From Phoronis australis (taxonomy: Eukaryota > Animalia > Phoronida): a DNA stretch of 64,000 nucleotides. The DNA lies in assembly GCA_002633005.1 (NCBI GenBank), contig NMRA01000206.1, forward strand, positions 269,250 to 333,249. Reading direction: 5' to 3'. Under the pieces are notes generated by a model. It saw only the letters and a list, made by a program, of their open reading frames with translations, did no database searches and was not told where the DNA came from. Made by a program: the position numbers and the translations under genes. Positions 11,801 to 22,000 of the stretch are shown here, piece after piece. How positions within the stretch are numbered: position 1 is the first letter of the stretch; every line of letters starts with the position of its first letter.

Positions 11801-14800
11801 AACGGCGGTACTTGTAACGAGTTGTCCGCCCTGCAGCAACTGATGGACAAGAACGTGCCATACCACTGTCACTGCCAGCCAGGTTTCACCGGCGACAGCT
11901 GTGAGAAGCACGGCCGGTGCGACACCAACCCGTGCCAGAATGACGGCGTGTGCGAGGTAAAGATTGGCAAGTTGAATCAAGTTGTCTTCTGAGTTAGGTT
12001 AGGACCAGTAGCGGGAACATTGCCAGTATAATTAAAATGTTATGAAATTTAAAAATGCTGTTTCGATATTAGTAACGTTAACTTATTCCTTCAATGATCA
12101 GCAAAAGTCAAAGTTTTGAAAACGGGCGCCTCGGGCTATGCATCTATTTTCCTTTTTGAAATTGGGTGTTGTATCAGTTATCTCTCAATGCATCTGTTGG
12201 AAGGGCTTGACGACGCGAGCAATTACGCCCAGAGATTACTATTTTCATCTGCCTTCGTTATATTTTAAAAACCTTTCATTTTATACCGATATATGTTGTC
12301 CTAACAAATGCCCAACTTGCTTTGGCGTTTTTGTCTTTTGAAAGAATTAGCTTGTAACGCACCTTATGTCGTCGGGACATATGTCGTTTCTTTTTCAGGA
12401 CACTGAACGTGGATTCCGTTGCACGTGCACCCAGAGTTGGCGAGGAAGTCAGTGTGAAATCAGAACGGGCACGTGTAACGACAACCCGTGCACGGCCGAC
12501 ATGGTCTGTGAGAACGATGTGGAGAACCACGGCTTCACCTGTGTCCGTAAGTGCAACGACTCCACGTGTCAATGACAGCCGTTAGTACGAACAATAGTAT
12601 GTGCGGAGGGCTAGGCCCATAAGGGTAAAGCATTAGTGTAGGAATGACAGCAGCAGCACTTAATCACTCGACTGAAATTCATATTAGTGTACTTCAAGTG
12701 TGGAGGTTGCTGGGCACTAACCAAAATAAACAATCTCCAGCTTCCCCAGACCATTTCTTTCCATGAAGGGGTTATTTTCATAAGAACACACTCTTCCCAT
12801 CAAATGAGCTTATTGACAACCAAGTCCTTCCGTTCGAACGACTTGTTTCTTGTTCCTTTGAAGGTTTGTCCTTTCAATTTCTGGGCCCACCCTTTCCATC
12901 AGAGGTCCGTGCTTCCAAGTGCGTGACCAAACCCAAAGTAGTGTAATTCAAATGCCAGTGTTCTGATACCGAATAGCGTTGGACTACATTGGAACTTGAT
13001 TGTCTCTAAAAATGCACGCGTCAACTAGATGTATACAATCGCTGTTACAGCTAGAAAGGGTACATTCGCCGAGGAGGAGGTGTTCACTGGCAAGGGCGGC
13101 AAACTGCCGGCCACGGTCCGGCCTGCGGGCACAGGTATGTCCTCGACGGAGGTATTTCTACTTGTCACCTGCATCCTACTCTTCTTGGGCATGTTGGCCC
13201 TGATCACCTCACTACTGCTCAAGTAAGTCGTGCTACTATATATCAGACAGCCCACCACAGTTCATTCCCCCCTCCGAGTCTAAGGCTGGCTTGTTTCAAC
13301 GGATTGAAAAATGGCGGTCTGGAGCACTGCTGACAGCCTAAGTGGCTTACTGTCGTCAACGATACCATCTTTGTGCCAACTGAGCAGTCGCTAACATGTA
13401 AATGAGATGGTCTTGCTGCGCACGGTAGTGTTGCTCCAAGGCAGGTTATACAAGACGACTAGAGTACACTACGTGTTCGTGATGGGCTTCACTGGTTCCT
13501 CGTTCAATACTAGAGTTGTCGGTTTACTAGCACAACTCATGTTAAAACAAATCCACAGTGGTTGCCGCAATTTTCACGGAAGTCACAATATGCGGTCGTT
13601 CTTGGCCGGCAGAAGCAGCCAGGCGGCTCTGTCATGTAGGGAGAAAATTTTACGTACTGTGTTTTCCCATTTTTACTTCTAATTCCCTAGCATAAAGTAC
13701 ATTACGAGTTCCACTTTCAATGAGAATCGTGTATTGATATTGTTGCATGCATGTACCAGTGTGTTTGAATTGAGCAAGCTATAACATGTTGTTTTTGCTA
13801 TAATTCATAAGTTCGAAACTGTCACTAGTACCAATAACTGAATCCGCCTCAATTGATTTTTAGAAAGTATGACTTCTTCGACAAGTTCAAGGTAAGTTTT
13901 ACCGGGACTGAATTTGTACTCATTACCAACTGTTTCTAGGTCACTTAATATAAACGGCTACTGTTGTTTTTCTGTTCATATGGTCCGAGCGGAAATCACC
14001 TACCAGGTCAGGGTGCGTGTTTTTCGGGCTGGTTAGCTGTTTTGAAGGTACGGGAGTTTGTTTTCGACTCCGGAATATCTTTTTCACCAGGAGAGAGACA
14101 TAATTATTGATTATACATTGGCTCTTGTTTTAAAGACTAATTTGTAGTATTCCCAGAATTGAGGGGAATGACGGTTCTGTTCGCAGTTTTAATAGCTGAC
14201 AGTTTATTCGGGTCACCATGCATACATGAACTCGCTAAAAACTTCTGCTACCAGTTGGGTACAACTCATGCGACTGCGCTAGCCATAGTCAGGGCTGTGT
14301 GAACAAGCTGCATGTAACAGTCAAACCTCGTTTTGTCAATGGAATGTTAACCATGGAATGTTAAGAATGGTCTATTCAACCTGATCCACTGAGCCCATAG
14401 CAGATTGATAAGAAACTTAGGGTGGTAATTCTTCAAGAAGTGCAATCTTCGACCCGTGTGTATCTATAGACGTCTATACAATGTGCAATGTGTCGCGCAT
14501 CTCTTGTATTTGATAGAGCAAGCCTCCACCGCACAGTCCTCCGGCCTTCAACCAACCTGCTCTGATGGCGGACGATGACTATCTCGACTTCATCCCCCTG
14601 ATACAACCAGACGCGCCCGGCCAGCCACCCGGCAGCAAACAATCGGACCACATTTACGAGGAGATCCCTGAAGGAATCTACGAATCGCCATACGCCCAGA
14701 ACCCTGACGACGACTATGAGGAGATAGGCATGCCCCAACAACCACTGTACGATAACGCGATGTCGCTGTACGAGGCCTCTCCGCCGCAAGACTTCCTGGA

Positions 14801-15475
14801 GATGCCGCAACCGCCGCCACCCGAGGACAGTGCGGATGAAAGCGCGTGAATAACACAATAATACTCAGATTTTTATAGGAATTTACAAAAATATTTATTT
14901 TCTGAGAAAGGGAACTTTGAGCTCAAAACAAAATGTCCTCCGTTGTACTTTATGAAGAATTACCACACTACGCAGGCCTAGGTTTCGAAACTAGTCTTTG
15001 CCAGACTCCTTTCTACGTTAAAACTTGTTCCGCTACATACATAAAGTTGTCAGACTAGTGACAGTAACTAGTACCCTGTTCCCTTTCTCAGAAATATAGA
15101 AAGCCGAGACAAGGTTCACTAGAAGAGGCACAAGAGTTGGAGGCCCTATGTGGCAAACAATTGGCCAATGCAGACTTTCTTTACTTGGCGCCAGGGCCTA
15201 TGAGGAGGCATCGTTCGAGGTCTCTTGTCAACTTCAATGTCCAAGAGCGCGACGACGACGAGTACCCGTGGAAGGTGAGCTCTCTGCCGTCTGCGCTCAA
15301 GGTAAAACAGCCACAAGCCACGTCTCAAGTTTGGAGAGCGTTGTCTGGAAGTGGCGTCAGTGGCCATAAATCGGAAGAATCGCAGCGTGCAGACTTCGAG
15401 GATAGCAAGGAGGAATGCGCTTACTACGTTGTCAAGGAGATGCTGAATAGCTTGAGAAGAGATACCAAAGTATAA
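5822..15475 (+). CDS. Spliced gene: EGF-repeat single-pass transmembrane protein (Notch/Delta/DNER-like EGF array, no DSL domain). CDS 5822-5846, 6416-7379, 10043-10272, 10935-11054, 11751-11956, 12399-12546, 13051-13222, 13864-13891, then 14517-14849 (741 aa) or 15092-15475 (758 aa)
   Basis: GT-AG boundaries with consistent phases (1,2,1,1,0,1,2,0). The shared part is 1893 nt = 631 codons. EGF domains are completed across junctions (e.g. SSR/S-YQCIC, LNG/G-TC). Confidence 0.85.
6416..7379 (+). CDS. EGF-TM exon: signal peptide, basic pro-region (RKHRTRR), EGF1-5 and start of EGF6
   Basis: ORF 6430-7425; atttcag acceptor and ag|gtgggc donor; repeated six-Cys EGF spacing. Confidence 0.93.
8327..9175. 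mobile_element. Kolobok-like non-autonomous transposon (TTAA TSD), copy 1
   Basis: TTAA-agaggcatggaac ... gttccaggcctct-TTAA; internally homologous to 55848-56566. Confidence 0.75.
10043..10272 (+). CDS. EGF-TM exon: end of EGF6, EGF7, start of EGF8
   Basis: YQCICIVGFHGSMCE...CASNPCLNG; ctttcag acceptor, gtgaga donor. Confidence 0.92.
10935..11054 (+). CDS. EGF-TM exon: EGF8 with long loop insertion
   Basis: GTCLTSKQVEALNAMGDETAVMKSEASNVQIACHCKEGYTG; ctgcag acceptor, gtaaga donor; phase 1-1. Confidence 0.85.
11751..11956 (+). CDS. EGF-TM exon: EGF9 and start of EGF10
   Basis: KWCEDTIKYCDSSPCQNGGTC...CDTNPCQNDGVCE; atgcag acceptor, gtaaag donor. Confidence 0.92.
12399..12546 (+). CDS. EGF-TM exon: end of EGF10 and four-Cys truncated EGF11
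   Basis: DTERGFRCTCTQSWRGSQCE...HGFTCV; ttttcag acceptor, gtaagt donor. Confidence 0.9.
13051..13222 (+). CDS. EGF-TM exon: stalk and transmembrane helix
   Basis: VFLLVTCILLFLGMLALITSLLL hydrophobic run; gttacag acceptor, gtaagt donor. Confidence 0.88.
13864..13891 (+). CDS. 28-nt juxtamembrane microexon (K)KYDFFDKFK
   Basis: ttttag acceptor and aag|gtaagt donor. Converts phase 2 to phase 0, which both downstream exons require, and supplies positive-inside lysines. Confidence 0.75.
14517..14849 (+). CDS. Terminal exon A: acidic, Pro-rich, Tyr-motif-rich cytoplasmic tail
   Basis: ttgatag acceptor, phase 0; SKPPPHSPP...IYEEI...IYESP...DYEEI...LYDNA...LYEAS...*; GC-rich coding-like composition. 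Confidence 0.8.
   Translation, partial: SKPPPHSPPAFNQPALMADDDYLDFIPLIQPDAPGQPPGSKQSDHIYEEIPEGIYESPYAQNPDDDYEEIGMPQQPLYDNAMSLYEASPPQDFLEMPQPPPPEDSADESA
15092..15475 (+). CDS. Terminal exon B: alternative cytoplasmic tail ending in PDZ-ligand DTKV
   Basis: Polypyrimidine acceptor ccctttctcag, phase 0, in frame with ORF 15137-15475; KYRKPRQGSL...RRDTKV*. Confidence 0.65.
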   Translation, partial: KYRKPRQGSLEEAQELEALCGKQLANADFLYLAPGPMRRHRSRSLVNFNVQERDDDEYPWKVSSLPSALKVKQPQATSQVWRALSGSGVSGHKSEESQRADFEDSKEECAYYVVKEMLNSLRRDTKV

Positions 15476-15931
15476 CATTAGGTTATTGTCAAAGAACATC
15501 AGCACCAAATTTGGAGGTCTTGCTACAGACTCAATATGGACTTGGAGCCCCAGGGACGTACATGTTATGGACGACGTAACCAGGGTGGTCAGATTTTGAT
15601 GTCATTTTTGTCCCCCAATTCTGTGACTTAGACCTTCGAACCGATAAACTTTTGAAGTTTGGCAAAAATACGTGTATATAGCCCTAGGGTTGGTAGAAAA
15701 ACGGATTGTCTTCCCTGCCGCGGGCACCAACATTTCTGCTCCTAAGTATCGGCTACTTGTGATCAGATTCGCTCATTCTCTTACCAACAGCAATTATCCG
15801 GCTTTGCAATTTAAAGTTTCCGTCAGTTTGCAAGCAATATGTTTCGAGCTGAGTAGAAAATATTCTGTAGGAAGGGGACTACCATGGCTTTAATTGCAGT
15901 GTGAAACGCTATATTCAGTGATTTAGGTATG

Positions 15932-16155
15932 CCAGGGCTTGGAATGACAGAAGAGGAAAATTTTCCAGGTGATGTATCGTTTCACAAATAAATAGAATTA
16001 GAAATTCTTTTAGTGTAGTGAAATAAACGTTGTGCATAAATAAAGTCAAAGTAACGATAAAAAGAGACAAAAACTGGTAAAACTGTAATCAAATAAGAGG
16101 AAATCGAAACCAAAAAGAGGAAATGCTCTTAAAAGAAGAAAATTCCAAGCCCTGG
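15932..16155. mobile_element. Short MITE with CCAGGGCTTGGAAT TIRs
   Basis: ccagggcttggaat / attccaagccctgg; related A-rich internal fragments near 16560-16600 and 46910-47005; no TSD found. Confidence 0.6.
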
Positions 16156-18883
16156 TGTACGGCGACAAGTGCGACGCCCATGCAAATTTAGACAATTTGA
16201 GTGCTTAACTGAGGGATCAAGTTAATTAAAATATCCATGTTCGGCTTAACGCTCACTCTCAAAATCTCTTAAACTCTCGTATGCGGCTATCCACGCTAAC
16301 TCCCTGCTTCCAAGATCAAGACGTCTTCGAAGGTCCCCACATCGTAAACTTGGCCCCCTCCCACGTAAAATTAAACTTCCAAAACGCACCTACCTACTTT
16401 AATACCTTCTATGCCGCTTTGTTTATTTCCTCCCCGTGAATCTTAAGTAAGCGTAGTTCACGGCTTGGAACCACTAATGACCAAAAACAGGAAACATTTC
16501 CGGGTGTCGTTCCTCAAATAAATAGGCTCATGTGATTGAAATATTTGTGGTTGAAATCAAAACTGGCAAACAAAGACCAAAGAGAGGAAAATTCCAAGCC
16601 TCGGTAGGTCCATGACCGATCAGACAAGGACTACCCCCCCCCCCCCTTTAAACTTTTAAGAGTCCGATCAGCCGATCGTCTTTGGTTTATTGAACACCCA
16701 TTTTGTGAGATTTGGATTAGATACTGGTGTCTAAATTTGTAGTTTGTAGGACTTTTGTATCCATCCATTTGAATAACACATTACCCGAGAACGAAATAGT
16801 ACAAGGGCTAGATTATTGATCACCCTGGTACAAGTTTCCCCAGACATTTCCGGCGGAGAAGTGATGTTGACATTGCCCTGCTGTACAGAATGGCTGATAC
16901 AGATTTCAACAAGGGTACTTAACCTTGCTTTTGTTCAAGTCTAGCGTTCTCACGAAGGTACAAGATACCTGTTACTCAACCCTTACTTACCGATTCTAAT
17001 GACCACAAGAAATCTGATTTGGCCAGATGTATGAGCCACAAAGTGCCCTCGCCCTGTCAAATGTGCCGTCTATATTGATATATTTAATATATGTTTTTAA
17101 CAAATGGGTCCATGTTTTATTGTAACACTTTCGTCACTGGCTCAATTTTATCAGAACACAAATATAGGCGTAAGCCACAAAACAGAATAATTGGTTCAAA
17201 CAGGTGCCTCACAGTTTAACAAAAAAGAAAGTTCCACATCTATTTCAACTAGCATCACTGTGGCGGTGGGGAACAAAATGTATGATATCCACAGATATTG
17301 GCGGGCTTTTTTTAAATATAGACATCTGGAAAAATTTGAAAATGCATTCCTTCATTTTCCAAAAAAATACACCAGAACCAATTATGTAGTTTCCTTGACT
17401 ATGCCATGGCTTTTGGGAGAAGTTACACCAACGCATTCATTTTCACCAAATTTTTGGATAAAAACAAATTGACATTTCTTTACAAATATTTCTCATTTCT
17501 CTCTAAACTACAGATATGGTCTCAACTTCTTCAGAAACTAATTGATTTATGGTCAGTGTCCGATTAACGAATGTAAACTTGACCGATCCAACAGCATAGT
17601 GGTGCACTTCAATAAAGTAGTAAGGACACTTTGAAAACAAAATTAAGTAGTGGTAAGAAATTCCATTTTAGAGTGAGATGTTTAAATTCAAGTCCAATGG
17701 TGCATTTATCAGAGTAGTAAGTACAGGTGAAACTAAATTAATTTGAGAAATGCAGAACACGTCTTTATTATGTATAAATATATATCTTAATGTTTATACA
17801 GATGAAAGATCAAATCATTATCATTATTATACATATCGACTAATCAATCTTTAACAACAACAATCACTAATTATCATCAAATTGCAAACAGATAATATAA
17901 TTCTAGAAAAAAGTGGATTTCTATTACAATTAAATTGAAACTAGCAAACAAGAATGTTCCGATGTGTATAGAACACGATAACAAAATCTGGAATAAATGA
18001 CTAGTAAAAAACAAATTTCTGGAATAAGTGAAATTCAAGCATTTGCAAATGAGGCCTAGTTTATTTAAGGTTTGACACACATCTTGTTCACCATAGTTAA
18101 CTGGAATGTTGTCAGTGCTGTAACATAATCAGTTGGAAATAATTGTGCATATACACAGTGATACACTTGTATGAACAAAACATGGACCTAATGAGGAAAA
18201 GCCTCATCATGCTAACTCGGTTGTTGTTCTACATACACAATGGGTGCACCAACTCGACTATCCATTCTTAAGCAGTGTGCATACTCACAAAAGCTTCCCT
18301 GAATACCCGTGATATAAAGATGCTGAGTTAAAGATCTAGGAATGTGGTCTAACTTCCAAACTCCAAATTGAAATTGTTTCAAACTATATTGTCCTGCTGT
18401 AACACAAACTCAAGATAACTTTCTCCAATTCTGTACGCAGATGAGTTTTTAGTCCAAGTTAACTTAGTGACCCCAATGATTCAAGCCACAAGTAAAAACT
18501 AAAGATCTTGAAATTACAAGTGCACACTAGGATGCTGGGATAAGACAGTCGTCCAGGTGGATAATACCGTAATAGAGCACAGAATTACAGACACTTACCT
18601 TGAGTTCAGTTCATATTGGTGCAGAAAAGAAAATGTCAAAAATAGTTCCGAGAACAAAGATAAGACCCCAGGACTGCATTGCATAAAACTCCAGTGTTTA
18701 TCAGCTGGATAAGTATGATAATTGCATAATGTAAAGTACATTGTTTAACAATAGCAAAATGGAATGTGACAATGCAGCGCTGCCGTTGCATTAATTTTAA
18801 TAGAACATCAAAAATATGCCACTGGTACAATTTAAACAACTAATGATACTGGTCTTTGGAAATGTTTTACACTTCATCCCGTC

Positions 18884-19075
18884 TTAATCCGTGGATTCTG
18901 AATTGAGACTTTCAAACTGTATCTTGACTTCATCCACACCTGATGGCTGTTGGCTGCCATTCACAGCAGTGTTGTTATTTGCAGACTTGGAGGTACCAAG
19001 GGTTTCATAAAGTGGGTTGGAGAAATTAGTATGTAGGTCACTGTCGGGGAGGCCACTACTAGTGTCAAACGATGT
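18884..19075 (-). CDS. LRP2: LRP2-like terminal coding exon with FSNPLY (FxNPxY) motif
   Basis: ORF track; tttcag acceptor; stop at 18884-18886. Confidence 0.85.
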   Translation of the reverse strand, partial: TSFDTSSGLPDSDLHTNFSNPLYETLGTSKSANNNTAVNGSQQPSGVDEVKIQFESLNSESTD

Positions 19076-22000
19076 CTGAAATTTCAAAGTGAAATCTGCA
19101 TAAGTGCCTTACTACAAAACCTCACGGGACTCTAAAACATTGTAATCTGAGATTACAGGAACCAAAGCAATTTGCGTAGAGCACAGTTGAGCTGGGACTC
19201 GTGAAATCATACACTGCAGTACATGGACCGCCAACTCCATATATTTTCAATGGACAAAATCTGTAATCTTACGCATAAGCAATGACGTCATTATTCACTA
19301 GCGGCACCTGGCACACAAAGCACGCATTACTTCTAGCTAGAACGTCGTCTGATAATCATGGTCATTTCGTCAGGATTTGGATCTAGGCAACTTGGCCCAA
19401 CTCACATCGTGTTTAAATAAACTGAACGCTCGGAAAACCTTAACTTCTTAAACAAAGCTTATATTAACACTCCAGAAATAACTACCAGGCCTACTCAAAA
19501 ACCAATCTCACACTTCAACAGCACTTTACGTTTCATTTTAAGCTAGAATACATGCCGGTGCTGCTCTAAATTCTGGAATCTACTATTTGAAGACCTTGAA
19601 AAGTGTTTCCATGCTGAAATTATTTTTTTTGTACTTGGCAGCAAAATAGATGGAAGAATTTCCTGTCACAATACACTAAGCGGAAGCTGAGTTTCTTATG
19701 TTTAGAGGTTGGCGCCACCCCTAGGATATTTTGCAAGAGAATGTCAGAGTTGCGAATCTGTTGTTTCTAATCTATGGTGCAGTGTAATATAATAAATGAG
19801 CAAAGTTAATCAACCAGGTTCACTGTACAGCAGACACTCATGAGTAAAAAGTCTAGTATCCGTTACCAAGGTCACTTAAGTCACTTGCTACAATAAAAAT
19901 CCTTCAATTTGTCACAAGTAATTACTAAAATTACAATATTTCTATCTTCTAGAGGCTTACCACAATATTGCAGGTGCTAAAAATCTTACCAAATGTCTTA
20001 TAATAGCTATGTCATACAAATCATACTAAAAGCAAAGTTTCCTGAAAAGTTATTTCAGTTGAGAAATTGACAAAATTTCACCTCTCCGCCACATTGTGTT
20101 CCAAACTGAAGAATTTTACCAAATATCAAGCGCCATGTGTTTAGTAGCACTAGGACCTAGCTAAAATCTAACCAAAGTCGCATGTTCTCGTTCAAAATAT
20201 TAAAAACCGGACGATCGTCGCACAAATAAAAAAGTTCATGTTCAATCAACGTTTTGTCTATTCATTTAACATCATCAGGATCGTATTGACAACAATTTAG
20301 GACAGCAAGTGCCAACATACAGCTCAGGTAACATCCATAAAGTGAAGGGAGAGATACAGGGAATAAAGTCAAGTAGCTGGTCATCAACATAGTTGCAGAG
20401 TCACTGAGCTCTGCATGTTATTCAGAGAATCAGTGGCATGCTGGTTCTGAATGGCCAATGACTTTAATGTACAGTAACGCCTTATTAGGTTCTCTGCAGA
20501 TAATACTAGCTGAATTGGCTTGGGGATTGTTGCTAACGCAATACCTATATATGTTGCTTTTCTCTGCGGTGTGATGTATAATGAATAGACGAAACGTTGA
20601 TTGAACATGAACTTTTTTATTTGTGCGGTGATTGTCCCGTTTTTAATCTTTCTGTGGCCAAAAACTGATCGTTCAAAATGCACAGCTATATCTCACTAAA
20701 TCCTGCGAAGTCTTGGTTTTTGGCGAGGTCCTAGCGTTACTGAACAGGAGGCTGGATTCTTCAGCACGAGTGAAAGAGGATCATTTGACTCCTCCTGTAT
20801 GGCACCTGAGGAACTTAACTGTAGCAGGAAGGTCTACAGGTGAGACAACTGAAGCAGTGCAATTTGAGAGGCATGCTCCAGTGATACAGGGTGGCAGTGG
20901 TCACAAGTCTAAATTGCCATGTTTCAGTTAAGAGCACACCACACTAGCCAATGATTCACACAGGTACTGCTGAATTAACAAGTACGTAAGCACAAATTAT
21001 TCATTTCCAGTACATGCCAGAAATAAGCATACCAATTCCTTCAGTGCATGGCTAATTTCGCTTAATAGAGTGAAAATTTCTGGCATTGTGGCAGAATTCC
21101 AATTACACATAAGCGTTTAAATCTTGTTGACTGCAATTATGATGGAAGAGTGCTGTGACAATGAATTAAACGCGTACTCAGTAGTTATGACATCATTCTT
21201 TCTGGTTATTTTGGGTGTGTACTATTAGTATGATAACCCAAATGAAGAAGTCAAGCATTGTTAGACACCAACAGTACATGGTAACACTCAGAGCAGATAA
21301 ACAAAATACTGTAATGGCATAATTACATGAACATAAACCATGCTTTAAGACAATATCTGGGCCTGTGGCCACCAAACTATTCAAGACTTGACTCAAAAAT
21401 TGACCAATTGCATCACTCGAAAATAGATGAATCGCCTGCCATGCTTCGAGCCATTTGTTTTCAGTTTCACATGATGTACTGATTGGTCAATTTTCTAATC
21501 CAGTAAAGATTTACCGTTCTTGCGGACTCGTGACCAAACTTTACTGTGACAACTCAAAACTTGACCAATAATGTTGCAAGAAATTTCAGAGTTTACTCTA
21601 AGCACACCACACAAATGGTCAACTTTTGAGTAAAATTTGGTGGTCAAAATTTGAACTGATAAATTTGTTTGATGAGTTAACTCTGTTTAATTCTGTGTGC
21701 CTGTAGATTAAACTCGATCTAGACGATATTTGGAACGAAACCATCAAATGACACAAAAAAGTAGAAATTAAAATACACAAATGTACAACGGGAGTGAGGA
21801 TATGTTATGTGGCTTTTAAAAGACTTTCAATACTTGAGAGTCAGGAAGAATATAATGGCGTTCCACAAAGACTTCCAAGACTCGAGGGTCAGGGAGAACA
21901 TAATGGCGTTCCACAAAGACTTTCAAGACTCGAGGGTCAGGGAGAATATAATGGCGTTCCACAAAGACTTTCAAGACTCGAGGGTCAGGGAGAACATAAT

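Noticed and set aside
6416-13222. Naming the + gene Notch, Delta, Jagged or Crumbs
   Set aside because: No DSL, LNR, ankyrin or LamG domains and no Crumbs-type ERLI tail, so no symbol was assigned.
14433-15508. Minus-strand ORFs of 141, 88 and 120 aa
   Set aside because: Antisense shadows of the two + strand tail exons; no recognisable motifs.
20745-20910. Possible extra or alternative LRP2 tail exon
   Set aside because: The phase-0 reading stops after 24 codons with no motif, and it abuts MITE fragments; no support.
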